A model generated the notes under the pieces. The model was not told the DNA's origin and did no database searches. It saw nothing but the letters and a program-made list of their open reading frames with translations. 64,000 bases of DNA from an uncultured Poribacteria bacterium (GTDB lineage: Bacteria; Poribacteria; WGA-4E; WGA-3G): the NCBI GenBank assembly GCA_958296135.2, contig CATQHZ020000001.1, positions 4,032,001 to 4,096,000 on the forward strand, read 5' to 3'. The translations under genes and the position numbers were made by a program. This document shows positions 59,940-64,000 of the stretch, one piece after another (position 1 is the first letter of the stretch; every line of letters starts with the position of its first letter).

Positions 59940-60509
59940 CTAAGCGACGTTTTCGACGTGCACTTCTTCCGTTTCGGGTGCAACTGCAACCGCAGGCATC
60001 GCCTCGGCCAACGGGGCAATCGTCAGCCGGCAGCCGAGCACTTTCAGGATAAGAGCGAAGGTGTCTAGCGACGGTGCTTCATTGCCGGAAAGCAGCTGCG
60101 CCAGTGCCGCCGGTTCCAGCTGCGTCTGTTTCGCCAACTTGGCAACGCCACCCTGTGATGCAACGAAGGTCTGGAGCGACATGAGAAATAGTCGCGTGTC
60201 GCCATCATTTTGATATTCTTCTACAGACAGTTGGAGGTAACCAATCGCTTCCTCCCTATCTTTAGCGAGCCTTTCAATGAGGACTTCCCGCCATTTTCTC
60301 ATTTGTCTCATCGGTGTATCTCCCAGTTGCGTTTGCTGTGCCAATTTGGCAACGCCACCCTGCGAGGCTACGACGAGCTCCAGCGCGGATAGAACAGTAG
60401 CAATATTCCCAAAGCGTTGATATTCTTCCATTACCGCTTTGAGAAAGCCTACTGCTTCCTCCGGGTCTCCAGCAAAGTCTTCAATGAAGACTTCCCGCAA
60501 CGTTCTCAT
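59940..60509 (-). CDS. Fused antitoxin: two different N-terminal domains and one HTH C-terminus
   Basis: MRTLREV...QGGVAKLAQQTQL joined in frame to MRQMRKWREV...QGGVAKLAKQTQLEP; C-terminus nearly identical to 59151..59519. Confidence 0.75.
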   Translation of the reverse strand: MRTLREVFIEDFAGDPEEAVGFLKAVMEEYQRFGNIATVLSALELVVASQGGVAKLAQQTQLGDTPMRQMRKWREVLIERLAKDREEAIGYLQLSVEEYQNDGDTRLFLMSLQTFVASQGGVAKLAKQTQLEPAALAQLLSGNEAPSLDTFALILKVLGCRLTIAPLAEAMPAVAVAPETEEVHVENVA

Positions 60510-60514
60510 TTTCC

Positions 60515-60730
60515 TCAGCCGGGCCCAAAGTCCAGACGCAGCTCAGAAACTCCGCCGCCAACAGGACCGCAATCCCCAAAATTGCCGACTTCAAGCCGGT
60601 CAAGTCGTTTCTGAATGCGGTTGCGTGTTTCCTTGTCCTGAATTGAATCAAGCCACTCATTGAAAGGTTCGCGTCCAGTTTGGGTACGGAATACCTCAAG
60701 TTCTCGCAGGTGTGCATCACGCATGGACAC
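60515..60730 (-). pseudogene. Truncated RelE-like toxin
   Basis: Parallels the intact toxin up to LRLDFGPG, then stops. Confidence 0.8.
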
Positions 60731-60816
60731 TCTCTCGTCTTTGGCTTGACAAAAACCATGAACTATTATATCCTAAGTCCAGTTTTGCGCAACGGAAAAT
60801 CGCGCGATGCCCGAGT

Positions 60817-61920
60817 CTAATCAAAAACGATAACCCCCCGCGCGTTTTCGCCTGCCTCCATATCCGCGAACGCCTCGTTGATTTGCTCAAGCCGATAGTG
60901 ACGCGTGATGAGTTCATCCAACTTCAACTTGCCCTCCTCATAAAGCGAGAGCAACTTCGGCATATCTACCCGCGGGCGGCACGAACCGTAGAAGGAACCG
61001 ATTAACTGTCTTTCTGTTGATACGAGATGTTGCGCCGGAAGGCTCACTTCCGCCTCATGATGCGCCATCCCAACGATAACCGCAGTGCCAGCAGCTCGCA
61101 CCATCCGATACGCCTGCACGATTGTCTTCGGATTGCCGATTACCTCAAAGGCGTAATCCACGCCGAGGCCGGCTGTCACTTCGCGAACAGCCTCAATCGG
61201 ATCGGACGCGCCAGCGTTCACCACATCCGTTGCTCCGAAACGTTTGGCGAGATCCAGTTTCTTCGCCGCGATATCAACAGCGATAATCCGTTCCGCTCGC
61301 GCCAACACCGCGCCTTGAATAACGTTCAATCCAACGCCGCCCGCGCCGATAACCGCCACCGTGCTCCCTGGTTCCACCCTCGCTGTGTTGAGCACGGCAC
61401 CCACACCCGTCGTCACACCACAGCCAACGAGCGCGGCCTTCTCTAACGGATAGTGCGGCGCGATTTTAACGAGGTTTTGTTCCGGGACTACCATGTACTC
61501 GGACATCGTGGCGATGCGAGCCATCTGGTAAATCGGCTTGCCCGATTTGTTGTAGAGGCGATAAGTACCGTCTAATTGAAACCCACGCGGCACATCGTAA
61601 CTCTCGCAGAGGCATACCTTGTCCATCAGGCACATCCGACACGTGCCACAATAAGTGACAAACGAAAGGATAACCCGGTCGCCGGGACAAAAGTCTGTCA
61701 CCCCATCACCGACGCGCTCAATCGTGCCAGCACCTTCATGTCCAAGCGCGACAGCATCATTGTAGTAGATGGCACCGGTGACGACAGATAAATCGGAATG
61801 GCAAACGCCACTCGCGCCGGTGCGGATAAGCACCTCGTTGGATTTCGGTTCTTCCAACTCCAATTCCTCAACGACGACAGGTTCGTTGTGTTCATAAACA
61901 ACGGCAGCACGCGTTTTCAT
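60817..61920 (-). CDS. Zn-dependent alcohol dehydrogenase (class III-like)
   Basis: GVCHSD, GHEGAG, CGTCRMC, GCGVTTG, GAGGVG. Confidence 0.95.
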   Translation of the reverse strand: MKTRAAVVYEHNEPVVVEELELEEPKSNEVLIRTGASGVCHSDLSVVTGAIYYNDAVALGHEGAGTIERVGDGVTDFCPGDRVILSFVTYCGTCRMCLMDKVCLCESYDVPRGFQLDGTYRLYNKSGKPIYQMARIATMSEYMVVPEQNLVKIAPHYPLEKAALVGCGVTTGVGAVLNTARVEPGSTVAVIGAGGVGLNVIQGAVLARAERIIAVDIAAKKLDLAKRFGATDVVNAGASDPIEAVREVTAGLGVDYAFEVIGNPKTIVQAYRMVRAAGTAVIVGMAHHEAEVSLPAQHLVSTERQLIGSFYGSCRPRVDMPKLLSLYEEGKLKLDELITRHYRLEQINEAFADMEAGENARGVIVFD

Positions 61921-62065
61921 AGGTGTCGTCCTCCGTTCTAACGGGCAGCCATAGACATCCGCCCTGATGTGCAAGACACGGCAAGGGACAGGCACGCGCC
62001 CTACAAGAAACAGCGAAAACCATAGAGACCCGCCCCTACAGTCTCTTGCAAAGGATAAGCCGCAA

Positions 62066-62866
62066 CTACAAGAGTGATTCCAGATAGTTCCTCGCCTTGC
62101 GCATCGACTCAATCGGATCGGACTCGCCTTCATAGACGACAGAGAGGCAACCGTTATAGCCAACGCCGCGCAAAATGTCTAACACGCGGGGATAGTCCAG
62201 CCATTCCTCCACGCCGCTATCGAGCTGGTAAAACTTAGTGCGGACATAGACAGCGTGCGGTGCCGTCTGTTCGATGCTGGCGTAGCAGTCGTAGCCCGGA
62301 TGCGCCGAGCCGCGATGCCCACTCGCACCGGGGGAACCAGCATATTGCCCCGTGTCCAAGATATGCGTGAAATAGGGATGGTTTGTCGCCTTCAACGCGC
62401 GTAAAACAGCATCGCCATCGCGCGTAACGTTATTGTGGTTGTGGTTCTGCAACCCGACGAGGATACCGGCGTGATACCCGTATTCCGCCACCTCTTGGAA
62501 CCCCGCTATCATCGGCGGCCATAAGGTTTCCTCATCTTCACAATCATCGGGGACATAAGCGGCGAAGACGCGAACGAGGGGGCAACTCATGTAGGCCGCC
62601 ACATCGATCCACCGCTTAATCAAGTTAATCTGTTCGTGGTGTTCAGCAGCCGGGCGGCCGAAATTGTTGCTGACCCCGATGTAGCCGAGCGGCAAGCCTT
62701 TGCGCATCAGATCCTTCTTTAACTCGCGCATATAGGCGGCATCGGTGGACTCAAACGCGCTAGAATGCAACTCAATCACGTCAAACCCCAAATCATAGAC
62801 GATTTGCGCGAAAGCGGTAGCGGTGGTATTCTTGACATTCAGGGACATTGTGCCGAGTTTGATCAT
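62066..62866 (-). CDS. Sugar phosphate isomerase/epimerase (xylose isomerase-like TIM barrel)
   Basis: LGFDVIEL, VRVF, LQNH, LDTG, GYNGCLSVVYE. Confidence 0.85.
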   Translation of the reverse strand: MIKLGTMSLNVKNTTATAFAQIVYDLGFDVIELHSSAFESTDAAYMRELKKDLMRKGLPLGYIGVSNNFGRPAAEHHEQINLIKRWIDVAAYMSCPLVRVFAAYVPDDCEDEETLWPPMIAGFQEVAEYGYHAGILVGLQNHNHNNVTRDGDAVLRALKATNHPYFTHILDTGQYAGSPGASGHRGSAHPGYDCYASIEQTAPHAVYVRTKFYQLDSGVEEWLDYPRVLDILRGVGYNGCLSVVYEGESDPIESMRKARNYLESLL

Positions 62867-62961
62867 GGGACGGTTCTCCTCTCGATTTTTGTTACGATTG
62901 CGGTACGGCGAGGGACAGCCCCTCGCCCTCCGGGGCCTACTTCAATCCAAAGCGCGTTTTG

Positions 62962-63822
62962 CTACGGGCCAAGAGGCGGTTCTTTTATCAAAATCGCTGT
63001 CTGCTGATTCAACACTTGTAGGAACGTTTGCAAAGTCCGTTGCAGTTCCTGGATGTGCTGCAGGTCTGCCTCAAGCAGCGTGACACGTTCGTCAAGGGTT
63101 TCTAACCGGTTCAGATGTTCCAGAATCTCCTGCACCATGTCGCGCACTTTCCGGTGGTGCTGCCGGTCTTCTTCCAACTGCTGCACTTTCTCTACCGTTA
63201 ATGCGAGGGTTCTCTGCGTTTCTGTCAAATCCCGTTGTAAACTTTGCGTAAAAGTGATTAATTTCTCCAGCGTATTCGTGGTTTTGTAAGGCGGTTTCTC
63301 CGTTTCCACGTGAGTATTTCCTGGCGGCGCATAAAAATGAGAGGCCGCGGGCTCTTCCTGTCGGCGTGCCTCGCCCGGGAGATGCTCGCTGACTTGGGGG
63401 ACTTCAAGTTCCGGGCCAAAAATACCGAGCAACTTGATGTGATACAGAAACGGAGTATAGTGGCCCTTCCGTTCAGTGTAAGTGATTTGCACCCGGATCT
63501 CCTCGTCAACCTTCAACGTATTCAGCCGACTATGAATATTCCGAATGACTACCTCGTTATACCCGAATGCGTCATTCGACTTCGGATTTAACTGCCGGAG
63601 GTAGCGAACGAGCTCAATGCTATCGGCACTCTCCCGCAGCGTGCCCTCTGGCGTTAAAACACCGACGATACCTTCGTCCGGCGTATCCGAACCGGGTGAC
63701 GATTGCGGCTCCGGGAGCACAATGTCCAACGGCACTTCGCCATGAACCGCTCTCATACCGAGGTTCCAACTGGTGAGAGAGCGTCTGCTACAGAACGCGA
63801 TGAAGTCGTACTGAATTGCCAT
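62962..63822 (-). CDS. Hypothetical protein with C-terminal coiled coil
   Basis: Long ORF with purine-rich RBS and heptad pattern in the last ~100 aa. Confidence 0.65.
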   Translation of the reverse strand: MAIQYDFIAFCSRRSLTSWNLGMRAVHGEVPLDIVLPEPQSSPGSDTPDEGIVGVLTPEGTLRESADSIELVRYLRQLNPKSNDAFGYNEVVIRNIHSRLNTLKVDEEIRVQITYTERKGHYTPFLYHIKLLGIFGPELEVPQVSEHLPGEARRQEEPAASHFYAPPGNTHVETEKPPYKTTNTLEKLITFTQSLQRDLTETQRTLALTVEKVQQLEEDRQHHRKVRDMVQEILEHLNRLETLDERVTLLEADLQHIQELQRTLQTFLQVLNQQTAILIKEPPLGP

Positions 63823-63893
63823 ATTTTCTTCTCTCCCGGTAGACACGGCCCCTGTGCGCGCTGACGAAGCGCGCCTACCGGCGAATTATCGGA

Positions 63894-64000
63894 TTATTTC
63901 CTTAACCGCGACCTCACCTGCGTGAGTGTCGGAATACGGGAGGTGCCGACACCTTCCACGGCAAACGATGCCACACAGTGCGCGAAATTGAGGGCCTCGG
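63894..64000 (-). CDS. 3' end of a probable PfkB-family kinase (runs off the window)
   Basis: Translates EALNFAHCVASFAVEGVGTSRIPTLTQVRSRLRK*, resembling a PfkB C-terminus. Confidence 0.55.
   Translation of the reverse strand, partial: EALNFAHCVASFAVEGVGTSRIPTLTQVRSRLRK

Noticed and set aside
60747-60775. Plus-strand TTGACA-17-TATCCT promoter pointing into the ADH 3' end
   Set aside because: It overlaps the minus-strand TATAAT promoter of the TA locus and is plausibly a by-product of promoter symmetry.

Overview
High-GC bacterial chromosomal window, most likely from Candidatus Poribacteria. That assignment is an inference from the internalin-type LRR and dockerin/FlgD-Ig secreted proteins ending in NYPNPFNPETWIPYQL, a PSD1/DUF1501 pair and many Gfo/Idh/MocA genes. 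Core content: a tetrapyrrole cluster (hemB, hemL, polyprenyl synthase, SirC-like, ccsA, hemA, hemC, cobA-hemD), moaA with a full Suf operon, a Type IIG-like restriction-modification fusion, a divergent sigma-70 factor, a polyprenyl-phosphate sugar transferase, a decayed RelE-type toxin-antitoxin array and several sugar/redox enzymes. GTAG-type REP palindromes are everywhere: they form large mosaics, supply stop codons, are translated in frame inside two genes, and form ~150-bp direct repeats bracketing an LRR-metalloprotease gene that splits hemC from cobA. The strongest unexplained signals are non-coding: a ~520-nt multi-helix RNA candidate behind tandem promoter-like repeats (53.1-53.8 kb), a ~100-nt RNA behind a perfect sigma-54 promoter (5.9-6.0 kb), a sigma-70-driven nested-hairpin region (28.2-28.6 kb) and a structured IS200/IS605-end-like segment (38.2-38.5 kb). 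No rRNA, tRNA, CRISPR array, transposase or reverse transcriptase was recognised. All calls come from reading the sequence; no searches or folding programs were run.
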